In this document: piece by piece, positions 16,977-28,084 of the stretch
Layout: each line of letters begins with the position of its first letter
How positions within the stretch are numbered: position 1 is the first letter of the stretch
NCBI GenBank assembly: GCA_045538995.1
Contig: JAZQEK010000097.1
Location: 48,482 to 112,481, forward strand
DNA length: 64,000 bases
Source of the DNA: Acetatifactor sp.
GTDB taxonomy: Bacteria > Bacillota > Clostridia > Lachnospirales > Lachnospiraceae
Reading direction: 5' to 3'
Position numbers and translations under genes: made by a program
Notes under the pieces: generated by a model
What the model saw: the letters and a program-made list of their open reading frames with translations, nothing else
The model's database searches: none
Told to the model about the DNA's origin: nothing

Positions 16977-18110
16977 ATGGATAAGAAGAGCTATCGCAAT
17001 GTGTTTACGGAAATTGGAATCAGTGCTTCTGAGGTGGAGAAACGTTTGGAAGAGGTGAAGCAGTTTTACTTCTATGGTGGTGAAGATAAGCAGGTTTATT
17101 TTCCGGTAGGAGAGGACATGGCTTATATTATGGATACCGGTAATAATGATGCCAGAACGGAAGGTATGTCCTATGGCATGATGATTTGTGTACAGTTGAA
17201 TATGAAGGAGGAATTCGACCGTTTGTGGAAATGGGCGAAGACCTATATGTGGATGGAAGACGGCTATAACGAAGGTTATTTCGCATGGTCTTGTGCAACA
17301 GATGGTACGAAGAATGCAAATGGACCGGCACCGGATGGAGAAGAATTCTTCGCATTAGCATTGTTCTTTGCTTCTCACCGCTGGGGAGACGGAGAAGGTA
17401 TCTTCGAGTACTCTAAGCAGGCCAGAGATATTTTGAGTGCATGCTTACATAAAGGTCAGAATGGCAGAATAGGCACACCTATGTGGAATTTAGACAATCA
17501 TCAGATATTGTTTGTGCCGGGCATTGATTTCACAGATCCTTCTTACCACTTGCCTCATTTCTATGAGTTGTTTGCGCTGTGGGCAAACGAGGAAGATAGA
17601 GAATTTTGGAAACAGGCAGCAGAGGCCAGCCGTGATTATTTGGCAAAGGCTTGCCATCCTGTGACAGGTTTCAGTGCAGAGTATGCAGAATTTGATGGTA
17701 GTCCCATGAGCAGACCATTACCTTGGACAAAGGATAGACATGACTGGTTCTTTAGCGATTCTTATCGTACGGTAGCCAATATTGGTTTGGATTGTGAATG
17801 GTTTGGCATTGACAAGGGACATTTTGCAGCAGCAAAGAATATTCAGAAGTTCTTAATCGAGGATGCGAGAAAGGGAACTTATCATATTTATGAAGTGGAT
17901 GGCAGGCAGGCCGCAGATGTAGCATTGCATCCGGTAGCAATACCTGCAACGGTAGCACAGTCTGTTTTAGCCGGAGATACCGAGTATAGCAAGGAGTGGG
18001 TAGAAAGTTTCTGGAATATGCCTATGCGTACCGGAAAGTGGAGATATTACGATAACTGTTTGTACTTCTTTGCATTTTTGGCACTGAGCGGTAATTATAA
18101 GATGTGGTAA
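16977..18110 (+). CDS. GH8 reducing-end xylose-releasing exo-oligoxylanase (Rex-like)
   Basis: DARTEGMSYGM, FAWS, APDGEEFFA, TDPSYHLPHFY and SDSYRT. No signal peptide. GGAGG at 16961 favours ATG 16977. Confidence 0.85.
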   Translation: MDKKSYRNVFTEIGISASEVEKRLEEVKQFYFYGGEDKQVYFPVGEDMAYIMDTGNNDARTEGMSYGMMICVQLNMKEEFDRLWKWAKTYMWMEDGYNEGYFAWSCATDGTKNANGPAPDGEEFFALALFFASHRWGDGEGIFEYSKQARDILSACLHKGQNGRIGTPMWNLDNHQILFVPGIDFTDPSYHLPHFYELFALWANEEDREFWKQAAEASRDYLAKACHPVTGFSAEYAEFDGSPMSRPLPWTKDRHDWFFSDSYRTVANIGLDCEWFGIDKGHFAAAKNIQKFLIEDARKGTYHIYEVDGRQAADVALHPVAIPATVAQSVLAGDTEYSKEWVESFWNMPMRTGKWRYYDNCLYFFAFLALSGNYKMW

Positions 18111-18242
18111 GGCTGGATGCCAATCCGGTGAGGAAATCCAAAGGATTTTCGGGCATGGCACGACGGAAGAATAAAGTATGCCCCTATGAGGCGAAGCATA
18201 GTCCGATACAGTATAGTATGACCGAAACGAAAGGAATAAAAG

Positions 18243-19973
18243 ATGAGCACAACAACGCAAGGCGGCCCTAAGGCCCCAAAGGATCCGACGAAGAAGCGTA
18301 AAGGCTTTTATATCATGAGAAATAAGTCTGTGGCCGGTTCTCCGCAGCCGGATGGCAGAGGAGTCCAGTTTTTGTATATGAATGATGGCAGAATGATCAG
18401 CAGTGCCCGTCTGGTAGGCAATATTACAGACGAAAGCATGCTGGATATGCTGAAAACTACAGCGGATTTTCGTAAGCTGGTACATAGTATCGGTGTGACT
18501 GTGGAGATGGACAATCAGGAAGAAATGGTGGACTTTGTCCTGCAGATGTATGGCAAAACAGATGTCTATGGTTCCGGTACCAATCTGCGGATGTCCTTAA
18601 AGGCAGATGGTATGGAGCAGATATTAAATCTGGAGGAATGCCGATGGTCAGAGGATGATAATATTCCGGGACAGATTCGCTTCGAGTTTGCCAAGGCAGA
18701 GTGTCTGGCAACGGTTGCCGTGAAATTTTATCTTCATGATGATTATGATGCACCGGAGGTGGAGGAAGAAGCGGCAGTGGATTTTAGCTCCCCTTATTAT
18801 CAGGAGATGTTGGGAAAATCCTTAATGCAGGTAGGCAATAACGTACGCTTGAAGAGAGCCATGGAAAAGGCACAGAAGGGCGAGGATGTGACTATTGCTT
18901 TTATCGGTGGTTCCATTACCCAGGGTGCCGGTGCGATTCCTATTCATACCCAGTGTTATGCGTATAAGACCTTTGAAGGCTTCTGCCGGCTAATGGGTAA
19001 AACCACTCAGGAGAATATTCATTACGTGAAAGCGGGAGTGGGAGGTACTCCTTCCGAGTTTGGAATGTTACGTTATGAGCGTGATGTTTTACGAGAAGGC
19101 AGTGTGGAGCCGGATATTGTAGTGGTAGAATTCGCTGTGAACGATGAAGGCGATGAAACCAAGGGCGAGTGCTATGATTCTTTGGTGCGTAAGATTTGGA
19201 ATGGTCCCGGTCAGCCGGCAGTGATACTGTTATTTGCAGTATTTGCCAATGACTGGAACTTGCAGGATAGATTGAGCCCGGTAGGCAGAGCGTATGATTT
19301 GCCTATGGTAAGTACCTTGGATACCGTAGTGGAGCAGTTCTATAAGAAGCCCGGCGAGGGTAAGGTAGTAAGCAAGAATCAGTTTTTCTATGATTCTTAC
19401 CATCCCAGCAATATCGGTCATACCATTATGGCAGATGGTTTGTTGCATCTGATGGAATTGGTAATGGAACAGGAAATCGATAAAGAAGAGGTTGACATAA
19501 CAAATATAGTGCCTCCTCTTGGCGGAGAGTTTGAGAAGGTAAAGCTCTTGGATAGAAAGGCGGAATATGCAGGAGCAGTAGTGGATTGCGGTGATTTCTG
19601 CGGAACTGATCAGGAATTGCAGTGTGTAGAGCAGGATTTGAATTTGTTCACTACTCCGGAGATGCCTTATAACTGGATGTATCAGGGAACGCAGGGAACG
19701 GTATCCGGCAAGCCTTTTGCAATGGATATTACTTGTACAGCTCTGTTAATGGTTATAAAGGACTCTGCTTCTAACAGCGTAGGACGTGTGGAGGTATTTG
19801 TAGATGGGGAGAAGGTTCTTTTGGCAGATCCTCATATCAATGGTTGGACCCATTGCAATCCTTTGATTTGCTTCCGTGGCAGGGAACGTAAGAGTTACCA
19901 TGTGGAGGTTCGCATGGCTGCAGGCGACGAGGCGAAGGATTTCACCATCCTGGGCTTCGGTTATGTAGAATAG
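18243..19973 (+). CDS. SGNH/GDSL hydrolase (putative acetylxylan esterase) with extra N- and C-terminal domains
   Basis: AFIGGSITQG (block I), GVGGT (II), VEFAVND (III) and DSYHP (V), in a xylan-locus context. Confidence 0.75.
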   Translation: MSTTTQGGPKAPKDPTKKRKGFYIMRNKSVAGSPQPDGRGVQFLYMNDGRMISSARLVGNITDESMLDMLKTTADFRKLVHSIGVTVEMDNQEEMVDFVLQMYGKTDVYGSGTNLRMSLKADGMEQILNLEECRWSEDDNIPGQIRFEFAKAECLATVAVKFYLHDDYDAPEVEEEAAVDFSSPYYQEMLGKSLMQVGNNVRLKRAMEKAQKGEDVTIAFIGGSITQGAGAIPIHTQCYAYKTFEGFCRLMGKTTQENIHYVKAGVGGTPSEFGMLRYERDVLREGSVEPDIVVVEFAVNDEGDETKGECYDSLVRKIWNGPGQPAVILLFAVFANDWNLQDRLSPVGRAYDLPMVSTLDTVVEQFYKKPGEGKVVSKNQFFYDSYHPSNIGHTIMADGLLHLMELVMEQEIDKEEVDITNIVPPLGGEFEKVKLLDRKAEYAGAVVDCGDFCGTDQELQCVEQDLNLFTTPEMPYNWMYQGTQGTVSGKPFAMDITCTALLMVIKDSASNSVGRVEVFVDGEKVLLADPHINGWTHCNPLICFRGRERKSYHVEVRMAAGDEAKDFTILGFGYVE

Positions 19974-20037
19974 ATATTTCGGTGAGGGAACATCATCCGT
20001 AAATCTTACGGATATTGTGAATTTGGAGGAAGAGAAA

Positions 20038-22914
20038 ATGAATTTGACAGATAAGTCAAAGAAGACAGTGCTTTTGGTAGAGGAATGTGCCTTTGAAGGG
20101 GTAAAGAGAGTTGCTGCCAAGGTGGCTTTGGATGTGGAAAAGGTGACCGGTGTATTGCCGGAGGTGGTAAATACCTTAGAGACACTGGATAAAGAAAATA
20201 CCCAAGTGATTTTTTGTGCTACCATGGGGAATAGCTGCCTGTTAAAGAAGCTGGCTGAGAACGGACAGATAGCAGCTTCTGAAGTAGAAGGTAAGCGTGA
20301 AGTATATATGATACAGTTTGTGGAGCAGTTGGAAGGTTTCGCAGAGGTGCTGGTGATTTGCGGAAGTGATAAGCGTGGTACCATTTATGGTATGTTTGGT
20401 TTGTCAGAATATATTGGTGTATCACCCTTGTGTTATTGGGGAGATGTGGAACCTGTAAAGAAGTCTGTGCTGGTAGTGGGTGCAGATATCGAAACAGTTT
20501 CCAAGGAACCCAGTGTACGCTACAGAGGTTTCTTTATCAACGATGAATGGCCCTGCTTCGGCAACTGGGTGACATCTCATTTTGGTGATTTTAATGCAGA
20601 CGCTTATGAGCATGTGTTTGAGTTTTTGCTTCGTATGAAGGGGAATTATTTGTGGCCGGCTATGTGGAGTGCATCCTTCCCTTTGGATGGACCGGGCAGC
20701 AAAAATGAGGAGCTGGCAGATATCTATGGTGTGGTAATGGGGTACTCTCATCATGAGCCTTGCTTACGTGCCAGTGAGGAATGGGACAAGGTGCGTGGAC
20801 CGGAGACCAAGTATGGCAATGAATGGAACTTCTACACCAATGAGCAGGGACTTTTGAACTATTGGGAGGATGCATTAAAGCGTAGCGGTAAGTATGACAA
20901 TCTGATTACCATCGGTATGCGCGGAGAACGTGATACCTCTATGCTGGGTGAAAATGCAACCGTAGAAGAAAATGTAAATTTGTTAAAGGATATTATTCGT
21001 AAGCAGCGTCAGCTGATTAAGGAAAATGTAAATGAGGATCTGAGTAAGGTACCTCAGCTTCTTGCCTTGTACAAGGAAGTGGAGGCATATTTTTACGGAG
21101 ATGAAAAGATTAAGGGCTTAAAGGACTGGGAAGAGCTGGATGGAGTTATCTGCATGCTCTGTGAGGATAATTTCGGACATTTGAGAACCCTTCCTACCGA
21201 GGATATCCGTAACCGTAAGGGCGGCTTCGGTATGTATTATCACTTTGATTATCATGGCGGTCCGATTTCCTATGAATGGGTGGATTCTACACCTATGGCA
21301 AAGACCTGGGAACAAATGTGTATGGCCTATGAGTATGGGATTCGGGATGCCTGGATAGTGAATGTAGGTGATTTGAAGTTCCATGAGGTGCCTCTGACTT
21401 ATTTTCTGGCACTGGCTTATGATTATGACAAGTGGGGCTATGGAAACAAGAACAGCTACAGAGAGTATACTGCTCAGTGGTCGGCGCAGAATTTCGCAGG
21501 AGCAAGTGCTGAATTGCAGGAGAAAATCGGCAGAGTATTGACCGAGTACATAGACATGAATGCAAAGCGTCGTCCGGAGGCTCTGAATGAGAGCATTTAT
21601 CATCCCTGCCATTACGGAGAAGCGAACCGGATGCTTGCAAAGGCTGAAGAAATCGAAGCCTTATCCACCGAGGTTTATGAGGCTTTAAGCGAGGCGGATA
21701 AGGATGCTTATTACAGCATGATTCACTTCTCTGCTATGGCAAGTGTGAACTTGCTGAAAATGCATTTATATGCAGGAAAAAATGCTTTTTACGCCAAGCA
21801 GGGCAAACCTATCGCTAATCACTATGCTGCATTAGCAAAGGCGTGCATTCAGAAAGACAGAGAGTATTATGCACAGTTTGGTGCCTTTAAGGATGGTAAG
21901 TGGAATGGCATGCAGATGGCACAGCATATCGGTTTTACCAAGTGGAATGAGGATGACTATCGCTATCCGGTGCTGATGAGCGTGGAACCGGCTTATAAGG
22001 CGAGATTGAAAGTAAATCGTAAGGACAGCTTTGAAACAGCAGTGAAAAATTATGGACCACCTATGAGTATCTTGGTGGACGATTTTCTGTATGCAGGTTG
22101 TGAAGAGGTAGTGCTGGAAGTAGCCAATGATGGTGTGGACAGCGTACACTTTACAGTAGAGGTTCAGAATGCGGAGATGAAGCTTCCGGAGTGGTTATGT
22201 GTCAGTGCTATGGAAGGGGATGTGGCAGAGCAGTTGGATTTGGTACTGAGCTGTGACAGAAGGAAGCTGGGTGAAAGCAAGGAACAGGTACGATTGCTTA
22301 TCAAGGATGCAGAAACCTGTGTGGCAGTGGATGTGTGTGCGAAAGCTGTGAATACGGATGGGTTGCCGGAGAAGACCCATTTGCAGAAGAAGGGCGTTAT
22401 TGCCATGAGTGCTGCCAACTACTTCCAAAAGAAGGATACTCCTGAGGGGGCATTTGAAATCCTGGAAGGCTATGGTAAGTATGGTGTAGGAGCCAAGGTA
22501 TTCCCCAGCACGGCAGTGTTTGCTTTGGAAGAGGAGAAACCTATGCTCTCCTATCGCTTACTGATAGAAGAAGCAGGCGAGTATGAGGTAGAGCTGGTGG
22601 TGGCACCTACCAATTCTGTAGTGAATAAGCAGAGTGTGAATGTAGCACTGCAGGTAAATGAGGAACCTGCTGTAGCGGTAACTTTGGTAGCTGCTGATTT
22701 CCGTGCAGGAGAAAGCAGCGATTGGCGTTGGTCACAGGGTGTGCTGAATCAGGAACGCAGAGTAAGTGCGAAAGTAATGTTTCATGAGGGCGTGCAGACA
22801 GTTGGTATCGGTGCCATGGAAGCCGGTACGGTTTTGGAGCGAGTGATCATTTATAAGAGAGGTACCAACAAGAAGCCGGCATATTTGGGACCGGAGGATA
22901 GTGTATTTGTATAA
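20038..22914 (+). CDS. GH115 xylan alpha-1,2-glucuronidase
   Basis: SDKRGTIYG, RGFFINDEWP, LRMKGNYLWPAMW, SHHEPC, GMRGERD, YYHFDYHG and WIVNVGDLK. GGAGG RBS precedes 20038. Confidence 0.85.
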   Translation: MNLTDKSKKTVLLVEECAFEGVKRVAAKVALDVEKVTGVLPEVVNTLETLDKENTQVIFCATMGNSCLLKKLAENGQIAASEVEGKREVYMIQFVEQLEGFAEVLVICGSDKRGTIYGMFGLSEYIGVSPLCYWGDVEPVKKSVLVVGADIETVSKEPSVRYRGFFINDEWPCFGNWVTSHFGDFNADAYEHVFEFLLRMKGNYLWPAMWSASFPLDGPGSKNEELADIYGVVMGYSHHEPCLRASEEWDKVRGPETKYGNEWNFYTNEQGLLNYWEDALKRSGKYDNLITIGMRGERDTSMLGENATVEENVNLLKDIIRKQRQLIKENVNEDLSKVPQLLALYKEVEAYFYGDEKIKGLKDWEELDGVICMLCEDNFGHLRTLPTEDIRNRKGGFGMYYHFDYHGGPISYEWVDSTPMAKTWEQMCMAYEYGIRDAWIVNVGDLKFHEVPLTYFLALAYDYDKWGYGNKNSYREYTAQWSAQNFAGASAELQEKIGRVLTEYIDMNAKRRPEALNESIYHPCHYGEANRMLAKAEEIEALSTEVYEALSEADKDAYYSMIHFSAMASVNLLKMHLYAGKNAFYAKQGKPIANHYAALAKACIQKDREYYAQFGAFKDGKWNGMQMAQHIGFTKWNEDDYRYPVLMSVEPAYKARLKVNRKDSFETAVKNYGPPMSILVDDFLYAGCEEVVLEVANDGVDSVHFTVEVQNAEMKLPEWLCVSAMEGDVAEQLDLVLSCDRRKLGESKEQVRLLIKDAETCVAVDVCAKAVNTDGLPEKTHLQKKGVIAMSAANYFQKKDTPEGAFEILEGYGKYGVGAKVFPSTAVFALEEEKPMLSYRLLIEEAGEYEVELVVAPTNSVVNKQSVNVALQVNEEPAVAVTLVAADFRAGESSDWRWSQGVLNQERRVSAKVMFHEGVQTVGIGAMEAGTVLERVIIYKRGTNKKPAYLGPEDSVFV

Positions 22915-23079
22915 GTTATATCCTAAGGTGATTATGTAGCCTGGCAGAATGGGAAGTAGATGGAAATAGAATAAAAGGAATAGATAGCCCGTGGGAAATG
23001 AGACTGAATAGCGTATGTTTCAAAGTAGCTGCGGGCTATTCTTATGAGAGAGCGATTCAACGGAATGAGGTGTAGAAAA

Positions 23080-24666
23080 TTGGAGAAAGCAGAAACGAAA
23101 CAAACCATCAATCCTCTGACGAGATTGGATTATCCGGACCCGGATGTTATCCGTGTGGAGGATACTTATTATATGGTAAGTACTACTATGTACTTTATGC
23201 CCGGATGTGAAATCCTGCGTTCCTATGATTTGGTTCATTGGGAACATGCAGCGTATGTATATGATGTATTAGACAGTACGGAAGGTCAGAGACTGGAAGG
23301 AGAAAAGAATATTTATGGCAAGGGCATGTGGGCAGCCTGTTTGCGTTATCACAAAGGGATATATTATATATGTTTTGTGGCGAACGATACCCATACCACC
23401 TATTTGTATAAGGCACCTTCCATAGAGGGACCTTGGGAAAAGAGTACTATAGAAGGCTTTTATCATGATTGCTCCTTGTTATTTGATGAGGATGACAGGG
23501 TTTATATTGCTTACGGAGGAAAAGAAATTCACTTGCTGGAGTTGGAGGCAGATTTGAGAGGACCGAAAAAGGGCGGTCTGCACAGAATCGTAGTAACGGA
23601 TGAAGGGCATCCGGGACTGGGATATGAGGGAACTCATTTTTACAAAATAAATGGGAAGTATTATTTGTTCTTTATTCATTCTCTGCGGGAACAGTGGAAA
23701 AGGGTAGAGGCCTGCTTCATGGCAGATTCTTTGGAAGGAGAATTTGTGGGAGGCGATGTACTCAATGATGACATGGGCTACTTGAATCAGGGAGTTGCAC
23801 AAGGTGGTATCGTGGATACACCGGAGGGCAATTGGTATGCCGTGCTGTTTCAGGACAGAGGTGCTGTGGGAAGAATTCCGGTACTATTGCCGATACATTG
23901 GGAGAAGGATTATCCGGTGTTTGGTGTGGATGGAAGAGTGCCTCAGGAATTCCCGGTGACAAGTACACGTCCGGAATATGGATATACTTCTTTGGTGCAG
24001 AGTGATAATTTCAAAAGCGATGTGGAACTGGAGAAGGTTCCAAGAGCTACGGACAGGGTGGTGAAGAATGTTGCCTGTGACACCTTCGGTCTCAAAAGCT
24101 GTTGGCAGTTTAATCATGAGCCGGAACTGTGTTTGATAGAACGGGATGGGCAGAAAGGAAACATAACCATTCGGACAAATAAGCTGTGTCAAAAACTGAC
24201 ACAGGCTTCAAATATTCTGACCCAGAGAATGTCTTTTCCGGTATGCGAAACGGAGGTGACACTTGACGTATCTGAACTGCAGGAAGGAGACTATGCCGGT
24301 CTTTGTGCTTTGCAGGGCTGTTATGCTATGATAGCAGTGACCAGAAGGAAGGGAAAACTGTGGGTAGAGATGCTTGCGTGTTGTGAGGACGGACAAACGA
24401 AGGAAACAAGGGAATGCTTAAGGGAGCAGGTTGCACTACATACAACCGGCTTACGTTTACGGATGCGAGCAGAGTTCCAAGACATGAGGGATATGGTAAG
24501 TTTTTCCTATGATGTAGGAGAGGGCTATGAAAGGATTGGCTCTGACCATAAATTGTATTTTCGATTGGACCATTTTACAGGATGCCGTGCCGGATTATTT
24601 ATGTATTCCACGCAAATCTTTGGTGGAAGTGTGAAATTCTCTGAATTCAAATATAATGAGCAATGA
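23080..24666 (+). CDS. GH43 beta-xylosidase/arabinofuranosidase with C-terminal beta-sandwich
   Basis: YPDPDVIRV, GMWA, HDCSL, YEGTH and QGGIV. Probable TTG start at 23080 after GAGGTG; the ORF is open from 23044. Confidence 0.85.
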   Translation: MEKAETKQTINPLTRLDYPDPDVIRVEDTYYMVSTTMYFMPGCEILRSYDLVHWEHAAYVYDVLDSTEGQRLEGEKNIYGKGMWAACLRYHKGIYYICFVANDTHTTYLYKAPSIEGPWEKSTIEGFYHDCSLLFDEDDRVYIAYGGKEIHLLELEADLRGPKKGGLHRIVVTDEGHPGLGYEGTHFYKINGKYYLFFIHSLREQWKRVEACFMADSLEGEFVGGDVLNDDMGYLNQGVAQGGIVDTPEGNWYAVLFQDRGAVGRIPVLLPIHWEKDYPVFGVDGRVPQEFPVTSTRPEYGYTSLVQSDNFKSDVELEKVPRATDRVVKNVACDTFGLKSCWQFNHEPELCLIERDGQKGNITIRTNKLCQKLTQASNILTQRMSFPVCETEVTLDVSELQEGDYAGLCALQGCYAMIAVTRRKGKLWVEMLACCEDGQTKETRECLREQVALHTTGLRLRMRAEFQDMRDMVSFSYDVGEGYERIGSDHKLYFRLDHFTGCRAGLFMYSTQIFGGSVKFSEFKYNEQ

Positions 24667-24764
24667 ATGAACGAAAAATAGCATAAATTAAGAAGAATTT
24701 TTCACTTTGAGTAGTTAAAATAAAAGAAAAGTGAATGCTATTTTGAGGAATTAAGAGGATAAAA

Positions 24765-25862
24765 ATGAACGGGAAACGAAGCAGAGCATTTGCCATGATT
24801 TGTCTGGTGTGTAGTTTGTTGACAGGTTGTTCGGATGCAGTTGTAGAAGAGGAGAAGTTAATATTAGTGGAAAAGGAAGCAGAGGCAATCACCTATGAGA
24901 TGACAGTAGCCTCTGTTTCTGATGTAATAAAAACCCAAAAGGTTCGGTGTGTTTACCAACAGGTAAATGACGAAAGTGTCAGCTTTACGGTGAGCGGAAA
25001 ACGAATTGTGGAGGTTTGTGTAGAGCTGGGGGATCATGTAAAGAAGGGACAGCTGCTGGCTCGTTTAGATACCGGGAATGCAGAAGAGCAAATTCGTACT
25101 TTGGAGTATAACATTGCCAGAAATCAGGAGATTTTGAGCAATTTAAAATTGAATGAGGATTATGAGATTTCTACTCTTTGGCTGAATTATCTTTATCGCA
25201 GCGGGGAAACCAGTGCAGAGAAGAAAGCGTTGGAGGAACGGGTAAAGATGATACAGCAGAATTATCGTTATACCAGAGAGGACTGCGAGGATGCACTGGC
25301 TTTGGATCAGGCACAATTGGAGAAGTTGCAGAAGGATTTGAAGCATAGCTGTATTTATGCGGGGCTGGATGGTGTTATCTCTTATCTGAAGGTAGGATTG
25401 GAGGGGGCTTCTTCGGCAAAGGGAGAAGAAATTATGAAGATTATTGACAGTTCGGAATGTCTTTTTGCAGTAGCAGATACTTCCTTGGCACCCTGCTTTC
25501 AGGAGAGTGTGGAAGTGGATATGAATATTGTGAGCGGAGCAGGTGCGGGAAATCATAAGTTGTTACCCTACGAAATAGAAAAGTGGGAGGAGGAACTGCT
25601 CTTTACCCTGAATGATGAGACAGACGGTACGAATATCGAAGTGGGAACCCAGGGAACTATTCGTTTCGTGTTGGATCAGAGAAGTCAGGTGTTGACACTT
25701 CCCTTGCAGGCGGTGCATGAGGCAGATGGAGAGCATTTCGTGTATGTGCTGGGGGAAAATAATATGCGTCAGGTAGTTTGGATAGAGACCGGATTGTTTG
25801 GTGACAATCTGGTGGAGATAGTGTCCGGTTTGACAGAAGGGGAGAAGGTAATCATACAATGA
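24765..25862 (+). CDS. Membrane-fusion (efflux RND periplasmic adaptor) lipoprotein
   Basis: LLTGC lipobox, VELGDHVKKGQLLA lipoyl half, coiled coil, IYAGLDGVI, and ETGL...VEIVSGLTEGEKV. Confidence 0.8.
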   Translation: MNGKRSRAFAMICLVCSLLTGCSDAVVEEEKLILVEKEAEAITYEMTVASVSDVIKTQKVRCVYQQVNDESVSFTVSGKRIVEVCVELGDHVKKGQLLARLDTGNAEEQIRTLEYNIARNQEILSNLKLNEDYEISTLWLNYLYRSGETSAEKKALEERVKMIQQNYRYTREDCEDALALDQAQLEKLQKDLKHSCIYAGLDGVISYLKVGLEGASSAKGEEIMKIIDSSECLFAVADTSLAPCFQESVEVDMNIVSGAGAGNHKLLPYEIEKWEEELLFTLNDETDGTNIEVGTQGTIRFVLDQRSQVLTLPLQAVHEADGEHFVYVLGENNMRQVVWIETGLFGDNLVEIVSGLTEGEKVIIQ

Positions 25863-28084
25863 GACAGAAGAAAATAATCAGTATCATTCTGTTTGCGGTG
25901 ATGCTGCTTTCCTGTTGCGGATGTAAGAGTGAGCCGGCAGTGCAGACACAGAACCGGGTGGTGGAGCTGGTGGAACCGGTGAATGCTGTGGCGGATACGG
26001 AGACGGTAGAATATCGCAATATTTATCAGGCAGTTCTTTATTCGGCAAATGTATATCCTACGGTGCGGGAGTATTCCTTTGACAGTAGCACTAAGGTGGA
26101 AGAATTCGGTGCGTTTCTGGGCGAAAGTGTGAAAAAGGGCGAAGCACTGGTTTATGGCAGTACGGAAAATCTGGATAAGCAGATTGAGGCTTTGGAAGAA
26201 CGCATTGCCACTATGGATGAAAATATGGTAAAGGCACAGCAGGATTTGAGTGATGCTCTGGCAGTGCCGAAGTCTGAGGTGTGGTGGCGAGAAGATATTG
26301 TAGAGAATTTTGAAAAAATGAAACCGGCGGAGTTTGTGTATGAGTCTACCTTACAGAATGCCACGGTTAGTGACGGTGACAGTGAAGATGGGGAAACACA
26401 AGAGGAGGAAGAGGAAGCTTCCAAACCGGACAGACTGGTGAGAAATCCGGAATATGCGAAATGGTGGAAGGAAGCCCGTATACATATAGGCAATTATAAG
26501 ATATTGGTGCATAGCATCAATGTGCAGGAAGAAAATTTCCGACAGAAGAAGGTACTCTACGAGCTGGAGAGAGCCTATTATGTGGAACAATTAGAGGATT
26601 TGAAGAAAAAGCGGAATCAGAATATTCTGACCTCCAGAGCCAAGGGTGAAGTGGTGGCCATCGCAGAAAGACAATATGGCAGCTATAATGCAGCAGGAGA
26701 AGAACCCATTGTTGCTGTAGGGAATACAAACGAAAAGGTAATAAAATGTGAGTTTATCAATAAAGCAGTTATTTCCAAGGCGGCAGATGTTTATGCATTG
26801 ATTGATGGTATTCGCTATGAGATAGAATATCAGCCGTTGGAGGGGGATTCTTATGCTAAGCTGGCTTCAGACGGAGAAAAGGTATATTCTACCTTTGTAT
26901 TTCAGGGAGACTGCGAACAGGTGCAGGTAGGAGACTTCGCATTGATTACTGTGTTTGAGCAAAAGAGAGAACAAGTGCTGTCTGTTCCTAAGAGTGCTCT
27001 GCGAAAAGATGAAAGTGGCTATTATGTTTATGTGGTGAAGGATGGTGAAGGAGTAGTTACTCCGGTAAAGACAGGCTTGTCGGACGGAACCTATACGGAA
27101 ATTACAGCAGGGTTATCCCGGGGAGACAAGGTTCTGGTGGAAAATCCTTTGAATTATAGTGATAAGACAGTGATTTTGGAAAAAGGAAGCTTTCACAGTA
27201 CCTTTGAAAACAGAGGTGCCATGTACTATCCGATCACAGAAGGTGTGTATAATCCGGTAGAATACGGAACTACTTATTTCGGAGAATATCAGGTGGCTTT
27301 GTATCAAAGAGTGAAGAAGGGCGATGTGATTGCAACCATTCGGGTGGCAACGGATGATATCGCTTTGCAGAGAAATCGTACCAAGCTGCAGAGAGCGCAG
27401 GAACGTTTGGCAGACTTGATTGCAGCAGACCAGGAAGATAACGAAGAAATTATCCGGGCAAAACAGGAAGAAATAGCAGAAATGCAGGAATTACTGGCTC
27501 AGATGGAGGCGGATGGTGCAACGAAGAAGATTGTGGCACCCAGAAGCGGAATCATTGTGGATATGGTAGAGTTGGATAAGGAAACCATTCTCAATTATGA
27601 AGCCCATCTGGCAGAGATTGCAGATGTGAGCACCTGTTATGTAGTGGTGGAAAATACCAATCAACAGTTAAACTATGGGGATGAGGTAACGATTACCTAT
27701 ACCAATAGTGAAAACCAACAGAAAACCAGCTCGGGTGTGGTAGCAAATATGTCACATGCCGGTATCGGCAGTGCGTTACGCTCGGAAAATGCATATATCT
27801 TGTTGCCGGAGGAAAATATTGCAGATATGGCAGTCAGCAATACCAATGGAAATGAGTGGTGGAACAGACTTCGCTATAATGTGTCTGCCAACATCCGAGA
27901 GATGGATAATGTAGTGTCCGTTCCCAGAAATGCTGTCTGGGAGGTAAATGGGAACACCTATGTATATGTGAAGGATGAACAGGGCAATGTGAAGACGCAG
28001 AGCTTTGTGGCAGGCGGTTTTGATTCTACCAGTTATTGGGTCGTTGAAGGGTTGTCAGAAGGAATGGAAATATGCTTAGAATAA
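25859..28084 (+). CDS. Tandem double membrane-fusion (adaptor) lipoprotein
   Basis: LLSCCGC lipobox and two complete MFP modules: GESVKKGE...TGLSDG...GLSRGDKV, then QRVKKGD...APRSG...GLSEG. 741 aa. Confidence 0.75.
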   Translation: MRQKKIISIILFAVMLLSCCGCKSEPAVQTQNRVVELVEPVNAVADTETVEYRNIYQAVLYSANVYPTVREYSFDSSTKVEEFGAFLGESVKKGEALVYGSTENLDKQIEALEERIATMDENMVKAQQDLSDALAVPKSEVWWREDIVENFEKMKPAEFVYESTLQNATVSDGDSEDGETQEEEEEASKPDRLVRNPEYAKWWKEARIHIGNYKILVHSINVQEENFRQKKVLYELERAYYVEQLEDLKKKRNQNILTSRAKGEVVAIAERQYGSYNAAGEEPIVAVGNTNEKVIKCEFINKAVISKAADVYALIDGIRYEIEYQPLEGDSYAKLASDGEKVYSTFVFQGDCEQVQVGDFALITVFEQKREQVLSVPKSALRKDESGYYVYVVKDGEGVVTPVKTGLSDGTYTEITAGLSRGDKVLVENPLNYSDKTVILEKGSFHSTFENRGAMYYPITEGVYNPVEYGTTYFGEYQVALYQRVKKGDVIATIRVATDDIALQRNRTKLQRAQERLADLIAADQEDNEEIIRAKQEEIAEMQELLAQMEADGATKKIVAPRSGIIVDMVELDKETILNYEAHLAEIADVSTCYVVVENTNQQLNYGDEVTITYTNSENQQKTSSGVVANMSHAGIGSALRSENAYILLPEENIADMAVSNTNGNEWWNRLRYNVSANIREMDNVVSVPRNAVWEVNGNTYVYVKDEQGNVKTQSFVAGGFDSTSYWVVEGLSEGMEICLE

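Noticed and set aside
24675-24744. Interrupted inverted repeat aaaatagcat...atgctatttt before the exporter genes
   Set aside because: It is AT-rich with a large asymmetric loop, so a terminator or operator cannot be told from chance.
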